NCBI GenBank assembly: GCA_964187785.1
Contig: OZ076409.1
Location: 22,260,001 to 22,324,000, forward strand
Origin: Amphiscolops sp. MND2022
Lineage: Eukaryota
Direction of reading: 5' to 3'
DNA length: 64,000 nt
Position numbers and translations under genes: made by a program. Shown here one piece after another: positions 13,101-25,100 of this stretch. The notes under the pieces were generated by a model. That model did no database searches and had not been told where the DNA came from. It worked only from the letters and a program-made list of their open reading frames with translations. Within the stretch, counting starts at the first letter, position 1; each line of letters begins with the position of its first letter.

Positions 13101-16100
13101 TGAATTCTCCGAAAGTTGTCCAAGCTTCAAAAGATGCGGCCTGTCAGATGAAATTTGCTGGATAAGTTCACTTGAATTCGGAATCCACTTAGCGTAATAT
13201 GCAAAGAAGCCCAGTAGCCGTTCCAGTTGTTTGACAGACGTTGGCAATGGATACTCCATTAATGCTTTAAATCGAGCTGGATCGGGTTTGAGTGTACCAT
13301 CAGCAATTCTATACCCTAAAAATGATATCTCGCGAAGTGAAAACTTGCACTTCTCCATATTGAGTGTCATGTTGCACTTCTTCGCAGCCTCCAGGAAAGC
13401 AGCCAAGTTCCTGTCGTGATGTTCTTGGTCATATCCACCTATAAGAACATCATCTAAATACGCGAAAGTGTCTTCCAACTCGTTTTCATCAATAAATGCG
13501 TCCATGTTTCTCTGGAATATTGCCACGGCATTAGTTAGCCCAAAACACAGACGCGTGAATTCAAAAAGTCGACCAAAAGCTTCAAATGCAGTTAGGGGAT
13601 AGTCTTTTGCATTTAACTTAATTTGATGGTATGCACTTTTAAGATCAATATGTGAGAAAACTTTATACTTTGAAACTTTCTGCAACAGATCTTCAATGTT
13701 TGGTATGGGATAACTATCCGTGGGTGTATACTTATTGATTGTCTCAGAGTAGTCGAAAACAAGTCGAGGCTTTGTATCATAATTTATGACAAAGCACTGA
13801 GCACGCCATGGTGATTGACTTTCTTGAATAACTCCTTCTTCGAGTAATCTCGCTACTTCTTTCTTAATAAATTCGGGGTGCCTCACAAACCGACGCTTCG
13901 GAGCGACAAGTGGCTTTAATTTGCTAGTATCAACATTTGGAACAATGTCATAAGGCTTGCACTTCATCGTTTGTACGTAACACATCTTGAATGTCACTGG
14001 AGGTCGTGGCCCACTAAACGTCAAGTTAACACTCGAGTGGGTTGAAAGTACATCTAAACCAATAATAATAGGCGCAACCAAAGATGATACTACTGTGAAA
14101 GTCGTACAATATTCTTCGCCGTTCAGATGAAGCGAACCCTTATAAACACCCAACGTTTTTGCAATAGACGAATCAGCCAGTGTGATATTCGTTGGGTTGG
14201 ACGCTGCAAAACAACGTCTGTTGTCGGTAAGTAAGGCCTCGTGAACGTATGAAACATCTGAACCGGTATCCAGCAGAGCTCTAGTGGCGATGCCGTCCAG
14301 ATGAACCGGAACTATATTGGAGTTGTCTTTTCGAGCCGTGGCAAGAATGACGGCCAAAGAATTAGTATCTTCCGCAGCCTCCCCAGATGAATCTCTTCCT
14401 TGCTGAGTTTGTTGAATCGCGGCATTCTTCGACGTTCCGGTAACCGCACGACAAACAGAAGCCCAGTGGCCATTCTTACCACACTTCCGGCAAGTTGACG
14501 TTCTCGCAGGACATGCACGACGATCATGTCGAGGGCTTTTGCCACACCACCCACATCCGCCGGTGGATGGTTGGAAGGACTTGGCAGCAGCCACTGTAGG
14601 ATCTGGAAAACTAGAGGATTGTGTTTGTGTGAGGGAGCAGCTGTCCCCCATCGCAGTTTCCATCGTGATCGCTATGTTCAGCAGGTCGGACAAAGATGAT
14701 GATGGAGATTCAAGAAGTCGTTGTCGAATTTCTGGCGACTTCACTCCAGAAACAAAGGCATCTGTTAGAAGTAAATCTCTATGCTGAGCAGCTGTCAGGC
14801 TCGGTGTCGGGCATTTCCTTGCTTGAAGTTTGAGCTCACACATGTACTTCTCGACTGTCTCTTCTGGTTGTTGTCGCCGCATTCGTAGTTTGTGTCTAAG
14901 ACGTCCTTCCACTGCTGGAGCTAAATCCCGAGTTGAAACGGTGTCCTTTCTTCCATTGGGGTACTCGATTCTCGAAAAGTAAGGTGAAATTGTCTCAACT
15001 AGCCGTACAGGCGTGACAGGTGTGTTTAAGGTTGTCATGTGTTGATCTAGTGTGTAATATTGTAGTGATATCTTCGTAAAAACAAACCAGATTAAAATCG
15101 TGGTTATTACACACTAGATCAACACATGACAACCTTAAACGAATAAAACATTAGATACAATAATATCAACACATATTAAACATTACAACATAAGTTTATA
15201 TCATCACAGTAGGATTCTTCCATTTGGTGTGGTTATGGTATGTTTAGTGCCCGATACTGCTAATTGTGGTTTATCGGAATATGCACTTTCGAATTTATTA
15301 CGTTTGTGTTTTTTTCTAAGAAGAAAAATGGATAGTTACTAACTGCTTTTGCGTTTTTCTTCGTCTTCATTGGTAGCTGGTCGGACACACCGCCGGATCC
15401 ATTGAACGAGTATACCGGCAAGGTATCTGGTTTTGCTGAAACGGAATTTTTTTGTTAATTTCTCTAGGTTATCAAGTTTCAGTAGGTTACTTATTTCCGT
15501 GTTAGGTTTCCGTCCATAGTGTAATTCAAAGGCGGATTTTTTAAAACGCGAGTGTGGTGTTTTTCTCATTACGTCTAGTGATAGGTCCAGCGCTTTGCTG
15601 AAGCGTTCCCCGGCTTTAATGTTCGTTAGCAGATTTTCCTTCAGTATTCTGACCCCCCGTTCCACTAAACCGGTGGGGATATGGATATACGGTGTCCCGT
15701 ATATTAGTTTGATATAGTGTTCTTTACAGAAGTTTCTAAATGAGCGTCCCGTAAAGGCCGTAGCCTTATCGGTCCTTATCGTCTTAGGGACTCCATTTAA
15801 TTGAATGTACTGTTCAAGAAATTTTATCGCCGTTTCGCCATCGGTAGACGTACAGAAGCTTGCCGCTGGCCACTTACTAAACCGGTCCATGGATAGTAAA
15901 ATGTGAAATCGACGGTTGTCTACCGTGATTGGTCCGATAAAATCCAATTGAATTTCTTCGTTTGGATTTTCTAACCGGGGAAGGTGGTTCTTTTCCGTAC
16001 TTGGTATATCAGATTTAATACTCTTACCGGACATTTTGCAGGGGATACATGACTCGCATTTCTTTTGAATTGCCTCGGTCATCTTCGGCCACCAGAAATG

Positions 16101-19100
16101 TCTTGCGGCAGTTGTCATCTTATTGATGGCGGGGTGGCCTTTGTGTAGTAGGCTAATGATCGTTGTTCGGAGATTCTTTGGGACAATTATTTTGTCTTCG
16201 ATGAATACTAGACCGAACCGGCTTGATAGTTTCTTCTTGTGGGTTATGTATTCGTCTGGGATTTGGTCGTATTGCTGGCGTTCGAGGCAAACCAGTGTTT
16301 TTAGTAGGACCGGATCGTTGGTTGTCTCGCTCATTAGCAATTGCAGGTCTGTGGAAAAATTCTTTTCGGCTTCTCTCACCGCCTGTTCCAGGTCCCATTT
16401 GTTTGTTTCTTGTGCCAAGACTTTTGGAGCGTGCCCCATTTTGACATATTGCACGCTTTTAACTCCAACGTAGCGTGCCCAGTTTATTGCGGGTACTTCT
16501 AGGATTGACGGGTCTTGGTCCGTCTCCGACTCGATTTCGCCCTCTTCCATTGGCATGGGAGCGAACAATTCATGTCCCGGTGTAGCTGTCGATGGTTCGG
16601 GTAGATCTTGGTATTGGGCCGGCGTTGGTCTATCCATTTCCCAGAATGGATCTACGGTCCACTGTTCGGGTCTTCTTGTTTGTGGCTGGTATCCACCGCT
16701 GAGTTGCGGGCCGATTCGTTGTCTCAAATCGCCTGCCTTGTATGATTTGTTGGAGTCTCTCTTCTATTACCCGTCTTTCGTTCCGTAAGAACTTGGGCTC
16801 ATGATACTTTTTCCATTTTCCTCCGGTCATACGATAAATACCGGGTTTTACTATTTCTTTCCACCGTTGAATTAATTCAGTGGTTTCTGCTGAGGAGTCT
16901 ACTGCTGCCAGATTATCAATTGTTTTGATATCCATTTTGAAACTCTCTAAAGCGTTGCGTGTTAATGTTGAGCTGTTAAGGCAATCAATGGCGGTTTGTT
17001 TGCGCGCGTCCTGTGACCGCGGTTTGTTATTTGCTTTGCGTCCGTTTTCAACCGTCTCGCCTTCTGATTGGTTAACGTGGTTGCTAAGGCAACCGTGCTT
17101 GGAGATAAATTTGTAGTGCGGGATGACGTTATTGATGACGTATTCTTCGTCGTACGCTTCGTCTGTTTGCGGCGGCGCTGACGGATTTCTGCTCAAGTAA
17201 TCCGTAAGTGCTAAATGTTTGCCTGCGATATGGCTTACATTAATAGTGAATTGTGCCAACCGGTCCAGCCACCTTGTCAGCCGCGCGCTGTACGTTTTAT
17301 TGGATCGGTTTCGTTTAATCAATGGTTCGAGTGCTTGGTGGTCCGTGAGTAATTTAATCGGTTTACCGTAAACGTATAATCGGAAGTATTCTAATCCCCA
17401 GACTACGGCTAATAGTTCGAGTTCATTGATTGCGTATTTCTTTTCGGTGTCTGAGAGAAATCGACTTGCGAAACCTATTGTTTTTAAATTTCCGTCTGGT
17501 TGTTCTTGCCAGAGTGTTGCGCCGAGGCCTTTTGTACTGGCGTCGGTTGTTATTATGTTTGGGTAATCCGAATTGTAATGAGCCAGACACGGTATTTCCG
17601 TGATTTTTTGCTTGAGATTTTCGAATGCTGCTGTATGTTCTTCCGTCCTTATCCATTCGTTGTCTTTCTTTAATAACTGTCTCAAACTGTTTGTTTGGGC
17701 GGAGAGATTGTTTATGTACTTGGATAGATATTGGATGGCTCCCAGAAATGATTTTAATTCTTTTTCGTTGTTGGGTTGTTTCAGATTTTTTATCGCCATC
17801 AGTTTGTCTTGTAACGGTCTAATACCGTTTTGGTCTATTTTATGACCGATCCATTTTTTCTCGGATTTAAAAAATTCGGATTTGTTTCCGCTGAGTCTGT
17901 AACCGGCATTTTCCAGCCGGGCTAGAACTTCTATTAGTTCCTTTTTATGTTGTTCTTTTGATCCTTTGGTTACGATGATGATGTCGTCTAGCCATGCTGG
18001 GTGTTTATTTTCCAGTGTTTGGTCGATTTTCTCTTGAAAAATGGTCGGTATATCCGCCAACCCGTAGAATCCCATTAGGAACCGGTAGTATCCGGTAAAA
18101 TCCCCGCCGGTTACGGCGAAAATACATAGGTTTTGGGCTTCTTTGGATAGGATTAGCTGGCCATATGCGTAATCCAGATCGAGTTTTGATGTCCAGATTT
18201 CGTCTGCTGGGCCATCTGCAATTTTTCTTGAGATTCTGGAAATTAATTCCTCCATGTTGGGCATTTGTGCCTTTCTTTTGATGGTAATTTCGTTGAGTTT
18301 CCGTGAGTCCAGTGCAATTTTTATCGACTAATCTTTCTTTACCGTGATTACGGCCGGGCTGACAAAGCAATTTTCATCAATATTGTTCGCTTTTTCGACG
18401 TGGCCTTGTTTTATGAGTTTATTTATTTCTTTCCCGACCGATTGTTGTAAGTGGATCGGTATTGGTCTCCCTTTTTGCTGTATCAGTCTTGCGTCTTCTT
18501 TCAATTGTATTTTTACCTCAATTCCATTCACGGTGTGGTTTTCGTTGAAGAGTTTTTAAAATCTTTTCTTCAGGACGGTTACGTCCGAGTCCTCGATTAC
18601 ATGGTTTACCTGTGGATCGATTTTATTGGTGTCGAGTGTTATTCCCAGTTTCTCCATCCAATCCAAGCCTAATAAGGGGTTAGTTTTCTTTGTTGTTATT
18701 AGGACTTCTAAGTTGTTCCGTTTCCCGTTTATTTCGACTAATGCAGTTGTTTTTCCCTCAAATTTTATTCGGTTGTCGTTCACATCTCTGTATTCGATTC
18801 CAATCGGTCTTAATGGTGATGTACTGTTGAACTGTGACTTCGGTATTAAAGTTACCGGTGAGCCACTATCTATTATGAATTTGATTGGCCGATTGTTAAC
18901 CAATGCAGTGAGGGTGAAGAATTCTGGACCGTTCTTCTTTGTTTGGCGTGTTGAATGGATCATTTGATTTACTGAATGGATTGTGTTTGGAGACCAGTCG
19001 TCTTCTTCCGCGCTGCTTGCCTCATCGTCCTGTACGTGGTTTATTCTTTTGTTTGTTCTGCAATATTTTGTGTAGTGTCCGATTTTTTCACATTTCATGC

Positions 19101-22100
19101 ACTTCTTTCCTTTGGCCGGGCATTCGTGTTGTCTAGACCAATTGGGTGCTCCACATCTGTTGCAATCTACTTTTTTGAATTTTGTCGTTTTTCCGACAAG
19201 TCTTTTGTATTCCTTGTTTTCCTTTTATTTAGGTATCTGATTTTCTTCTCTTCCTCTGTTTCGGGTGAGTCGTTTATTTTCTCGTACATGTATTCATGTA
19301 ATGCCTCGGTGATTGCCTCTATTGACATGTCACTTTTTCTAATTTTCTTTTTGAGGTCATAGTCACCTGTTGATTTTCCGATGACGGATAGGAATTTTGA
19401 TGCTAGAAGTTCTGCCGGGGTTATTGTTTCAAATTCGCAATTTTTCTCGACTTCTAGTATTCGTTTCCATACATCCGCCGCGGACTCTCCGTCTTCCCGT
19501 TTGAGGTCGAAGAAATCGGCTCTGCTGTGTTGAACATTTCTTTCCGGTGTGAAATGTAACCGGAATAATGTATATAATTTGTATAACGGGAGTGAGCTTG
19601 GTTCTCTTTCTCTAACCGTCTTGGTCATTTCCGTGATTGCGTTTTGTCCAATTGCCCATAAGAATATGTCCTTTATTTTCGTTTCCAGTTGGTCACGGTA
19701 TTGTGGTAATATTTCCTTGTTGTTTGTCATCTTCGATAAATCCAAGTATATACTGTACGAACTTTGTGGTGATCTTGTTTGGTGTGATCTTGTTTTTCCA
19801 ATGTTGGGATGGTTAATTTTTGTGTGCACGTCCGTTCATTGGTTTTATTGAGTGTGTCGTTTGGTAGCGGTTGGTCACTCGAGTGATTTCCCGCCGACGT
19901 CCTGTTGGTGGCTCCGTTCCGTGGAGTAGTGTTTGTGTTGTCGTTCATCTTTGGAGTTGATGTGCTTGTTCTTTAGTAACTCTACGGTTACACTGACTGC
20001 GCCATGTTGTATTCTATTTGAAGCTTGTAAAAGAATCGTTGTATAAAATTCAACTGTTCTCTAGCTATCTCTTTTTTCATTATCATCAAGTGATAAACTT
20101 CATCTGCTCTTAAGTGGCAGGCAGGTACAAAACTATAAATAGCATCAATATAACAATAAGGCAGACTAATTAGTTTTTGTAAGAGTTTGTCTGTCCTCTA
20201 CACAAGTAAATTCAATTTTATGTAGAATTGCTGAATCAGTCAACTCCAATGTTTGACGATTGAGGTTTTTGTTCAAATGCAAGATGATTTTTTTTCAGTA
20301 ATTGAGTTTTCTCAACTTTTGGCCTTGTGCGACTTTTTTGGCAAAAAACGTGTTGTCAAAGTGTACCCTTTTCACTTCTATAGGTATTTTAGGCCTGAAA
20401 AATGCCTTGGGGGGGGGGAGCCTAAACCCCTTTTTTGAAGAAAAAAATTTGAACGGTGAGCTATCATTTTAACGAACAAAATGTCTACATTTATTTTGCC
20501 AAAATCTGCTTTATCAACATGCACCAATTTCGCGTTGATACTTTAACCCGGAATCCTCACGAAGTCATAAAACTGGCATAAATCAATCAGAGATCCAAAA
20601 GAGTAAGAGAAACAGACTTTTCCAGCCACAATTCCAAAATTCAACTGGTTAAGAAGCAGGTCTAAAACGAAGAAACTGAAAGAAGTCTAAGATTGCTGAA
20701 TTAAGTTTAAGGCGTCGGCACATAGTGTGGTAATATGCTAATTGGCAAGAATCGACAGAAAAACTTCCAAACTGAAAAAATCAACGGTTTAAACGACTTG
20801 TTTCTGAAATTCAGACTTTTCCGCATTAACCGAAAAACTATCAAGCAACTAACAAATTTTATTTCAGACTATTGGAAAAATCCAAAGCCAATGGAGTGAA
20901 CAAAACAGATTTTTGAAAGTTTTCACAATTTTCTGTCAATTTTAAACGACTTGTTTCTGAAATTCAGACTTCTCCGCATTAACCGAAAAACTATCAAGCA
21001 ACTAACAATTTTTATTTCAGACTATTGGAAAAATCCAAAGCCAATGGAGTGAACAAAACAGATTTTTGAAAGTTTTCACAATTTTCTGTCAATTTTAAAC
21101 GACTTGTTTCTGAAATTCAGACTTTTCCGCATTAACCGAAAAACTATCAAGCAACTAACAATTTTTATTTCAGACTATTGGAAAAATCCAAAGCCAATGG
21201 AGTGAACAAAACAGATTTTTGAAAGTTTTCACAATTTTCTGTCAATTTTAAACGACTTGTTTCCGAAATTCAGACTTCTCCGCATTAACCGAAAAACTAT
21301 CAAGCAACTAACAATTTTTATTTCAGACTATTGGAATAATCCAAAGCCAATGGAGTGAACAAAACAGATTTTTGAAAGTTTTCACAATTTTCTGTCAATT
21401 GTAAACGACTTGTTTCTGAAATTCAGACTTTTCCGCATTAACCGAAAAACTATCAAGCAACTAACAATTTTTATTTCAGACTATTGGAAAAATCCAAAGC
21501 CAATGGAGTGAGGAAAACAGATTTTTGAAAATTTTGACAATTTTCTATCAATTTTCAAATCACAAAACTGTTTGATTGAAAATCTTGAGAATCAATGAAT
21601 TAACCCGATATTTCAATACTCAAACTTTCTGAGCTATCTTCCGTAGGGTTGCTCTAATTGCATTTCAGCTCATAAATTTCGTGTTTTTTAAGCTGTTATT
21701 TCAGAATTTATTGTTCATCCTTTTCTCCTGATTTACTGCAATCGATGACATCAACCATTTCGGGATGAAGTCAGTCAGTCCACTGTCTATATATATATTT
21801 TTGATACTCTGCATTCCGGACTCCTTTTCACACAAATTGCCTCGAAATAGGTCATGGATTTATAATTTTACCTTGGGGTTCGCGAGATTTTCATATTCTC
21901 TTTGGAACTGGAAAATCTAAATTTTGAACTTTTTGCTGTTGTTTTTTTGACATGCGAAATCACCAAGCTTGTGTATTTTCTAGGTGTGAACTTGCAAATA
22001 GACGAAAGTGAAGGATCGGCCAAAGCAACCATTGCCATAGTTCCGAAAGATCAGAAAGGTAGGAAAGACTCGAGTAGCAGTAGCAGTTCCTCGGATGAAG

Positions 22101-25100
22101 AAAAAGTCAAAGACAAAAAAGCACCGGGAAAGACTACCGTCAAAACTGAAGAAGTTACTCTGGTCACTGGAAAACCAAGTGGCGCATGCTTCATTTGCAA
22201 CCAAGTTAGAAAATTCAGGATCGAAATAGCTGTTCAATGAATTCAATATTTTTAGACCAATATTGCAGTAAAACAAATTATCAACAGGTCCCCTACCGGA
22301 GTTGAAAGGGTGCGACTTTTGCCAATAATATGAATTTCAAGGATAGATTTTGGGCTTTTGAGAAAATTTCGAGCACCTTTCATCGATTTATATTTTTGAA
22401 TGTGGAACTCCAACATAAGTTATTTGTATTTTATAGAGAAGTCAATCCTGATCAACACACTTATAAAGTTTTCCATGCTGCGTTCATGAATGCAGGCTAA
22501 TATTTAAAAAATACATGGAAAATTCAGAGTTCCTGCATGGAAAAGTTTGTAGAACTTGCAAGCTCTAAAAAACTTAGAGCATATCCATGCTTAAAAAAAC
22601 ACTTCCTAACAGTTTACAGAATTTCTTAAGAAAACAAGAAAGCAACAAAACAAGAGCTGCGATCAAACTTTTGAACACATTCAACTGAGATTCTTCATTG
22701 TTATCAACGCTTGGAAACTTTAGGAAATAGATGGTACGTACTACACGTGTGGGGAGCTGAAGTACCACGAGAAATGCATCACGTGCCACGAGTGCGGCAA
22801 GGCTAACAGGAGTGACTGGCGAGAGTGTGTGATCTACCCCTCCGATGACGGAAACTCCATCAACTTCTTCTGCCCAGACTGCAATCTCAGCAGGGCCAAG
22901 AAATGCCACAAGTGTGAGGAACCCATTCTAGGTTGGTGATCACTCATCACGAAACTAGTAGAAAAGCAAACCTGGGTGAAATTAAGGTTGCCGCATATTC
23001 CTCCGATTTCAATCATCACAATGGAAAATGATCTCTACTGTCCTATTTCTCACCAAATCCCCATTAGGAGCCATAGCATTTTCCGGTAGCAATGCGTGCC
23101 ACAAATAGTAATTTTCAAAATTCAATTCGAAAACTACAAAGTATGTGATTTGAAGCTGCACTTTTGCTAGTAAGTCCGACATTTTAATCCTCAACTATCA
23201 ACACGTGTAAGTTAGGATCTTGAATGCTATAATGGACAATTGACAGACCCGAAAACAAAAAAGCGTTAGCGTGCCACAAATAGTAATATTCAAAATTCAC
23301 TTCGAAAACTACAAAGTATGTGATTTGAAGCTGCACTTTTGCTAGTAAGTCCGACATTTTAATCCTCAACTATCAACACGTGTAAGTTAGGATCTTGAAT
23401 GCTATAATGGACAATTGACAGACCCGAACACAAAAAAGCGTTAGCGTGCCACAAATAGTAATATTCAAAATTCAATTCGAAAACTACAAAGTATGTGATT
23501 TGAAGCTGCACTTTTGCTAGTAAGTCCGACATTTTAATCCTCAACTATCAACACGTGTAAGTTAGGATCTTGAATGCTATAATGGACAATTGACAGACCC
23601 GAAAACAAAAAAGCGTTAGCGTGCCACAAATAGTAATATTCAAAATTCACTTCGAAAACTACAAAGTATATGATTTGAAGCTGCACTTTTGCTAGTAAGT
23701 CCGACATTTTAATCCTCAACTATCAACACGTGTAAGTTAGGATCTTGAATGCTATAATGGACAATTGACAGACCCGAACACAAAAAAGCGTTAGCGTGCC
23801 ACAAATAGTAATATTCAAAATTCAATTCGAAAACTACAAAGTATGTGATTTGAAGCTGCACTTTTGCTAGTAAGTCCGACATTTTAATCCTCAACTATCA
23901 ACACGTGTTAAGTTAGGATCTTGAATGCTATAATGGACAATTGACAGACCCGAAAACAAAAAAGCGTTAGCGTGCCACAAATAGTAATATTCAAAATTCA
24001 CTTCGAAAACTACAAAGTATGTGATTTGAAGCTGCACTTTTGCTAGTAAGTCCGACATTTTAATCCTCAACTATCAACACGTGTAAGTTAGGATCTTGAA
24101 TGCTATAATGGACAATTGACAGACCCGAACACAAAAAAGCGTTAGCGTGCCACAAATAGTAATATTCAAAATTCAATTCGAAAACTACAAAGTATGTGAT
24201 TTGAAGCTGCACTTTTGCTAGTAAGTCCGACATTTTAATCCTCAACTATCAACACGTGTAAGTTAGGATCTTGAATGCTATAATGGACAATTGACAGACC
24301 CGAAAACAAAAAAGCGTTAGCGTGCCACAAATAGTAATATTCAAAATTCAATTCGAAAACTACAAAGTATGTGATTTGAAGCTGCACTTTTGCTAGTAAG
24401 TCCGACATTTTAATCCTCAACTATCAACACGTGTAAGTTAGGATCTTGAATGCTATATTGGACAATTGACAGACCCGAACACAAAAAAGCGTTAGCGTGC
24501 CACAAATAGTAATTTTCAAAATTCAATTCGAAAACTACAAAGTATGTGATTTGAAGCTGCACTTTTGCTAAAAAGTCCGACATTTTAATCCTCAACTATC
24601 AACACGTGTTAAGTTAGGATCTTGAATGCTATAATGGACAATTGACAGACCCGAAAACAAAAAAGCGTTAGCGTGCCACAAATAGTAATATTCAAAATTC
24701 ACTTCGAAAACTACAAAGTATGTGATTTGAAGCTGCACTTTTGCTAGTAAGTCCGACATTTTAATCCTCAACTATCAACACGTGTAAGTTAGGATCTTGA
24801 ATGCTATAATGGACAATTGACAGACCCGAACACAAAAAAGCGTTAGCGTGCCACAAATAGTAATATTCAAAATTCAATTCGAAAACTACAAAGTATGTGA
24901 TTTGAAGCTGCACTTTTGCTAGTAAGTCCGACATTTTAATCCTCAACTATCAACACGTGTAAGTTAGGATCTTGAATGCTATAATGGACAATTGACAGAC
25001 CCGAAAACAAAAAAGCGTTAGCGTGCCACAAATAGTAATATTCAAAATTCAATTCGAAAACTACAAAGTATGTGATTTGAAGCTGTACTTTTGCTAGTAA

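Larger units (their letters stand above)
10222..20202 (-). mobile_element. Ty3/Gypsy LTR retrotransposon (outer, coding-degenerate)
   Basis: 198-bp TG..CA LTRs at 10222-10419 and 20005-20202 (1 mismatch seen); 5-bp TSD CAAGT (10217-21 / 20203-07); PBS TGGCGCAGTC next to the 5' LTR; polypurine tract at 10420-10430; domain order gag-PR-RT-RH-IN. Confidence 0.95.

Noticed and set aside
10394..19851. + strand ORFs over the retrotransposons (e.g. 10687-11331)
   Set aside because: Antisense shadows of gag/pol.
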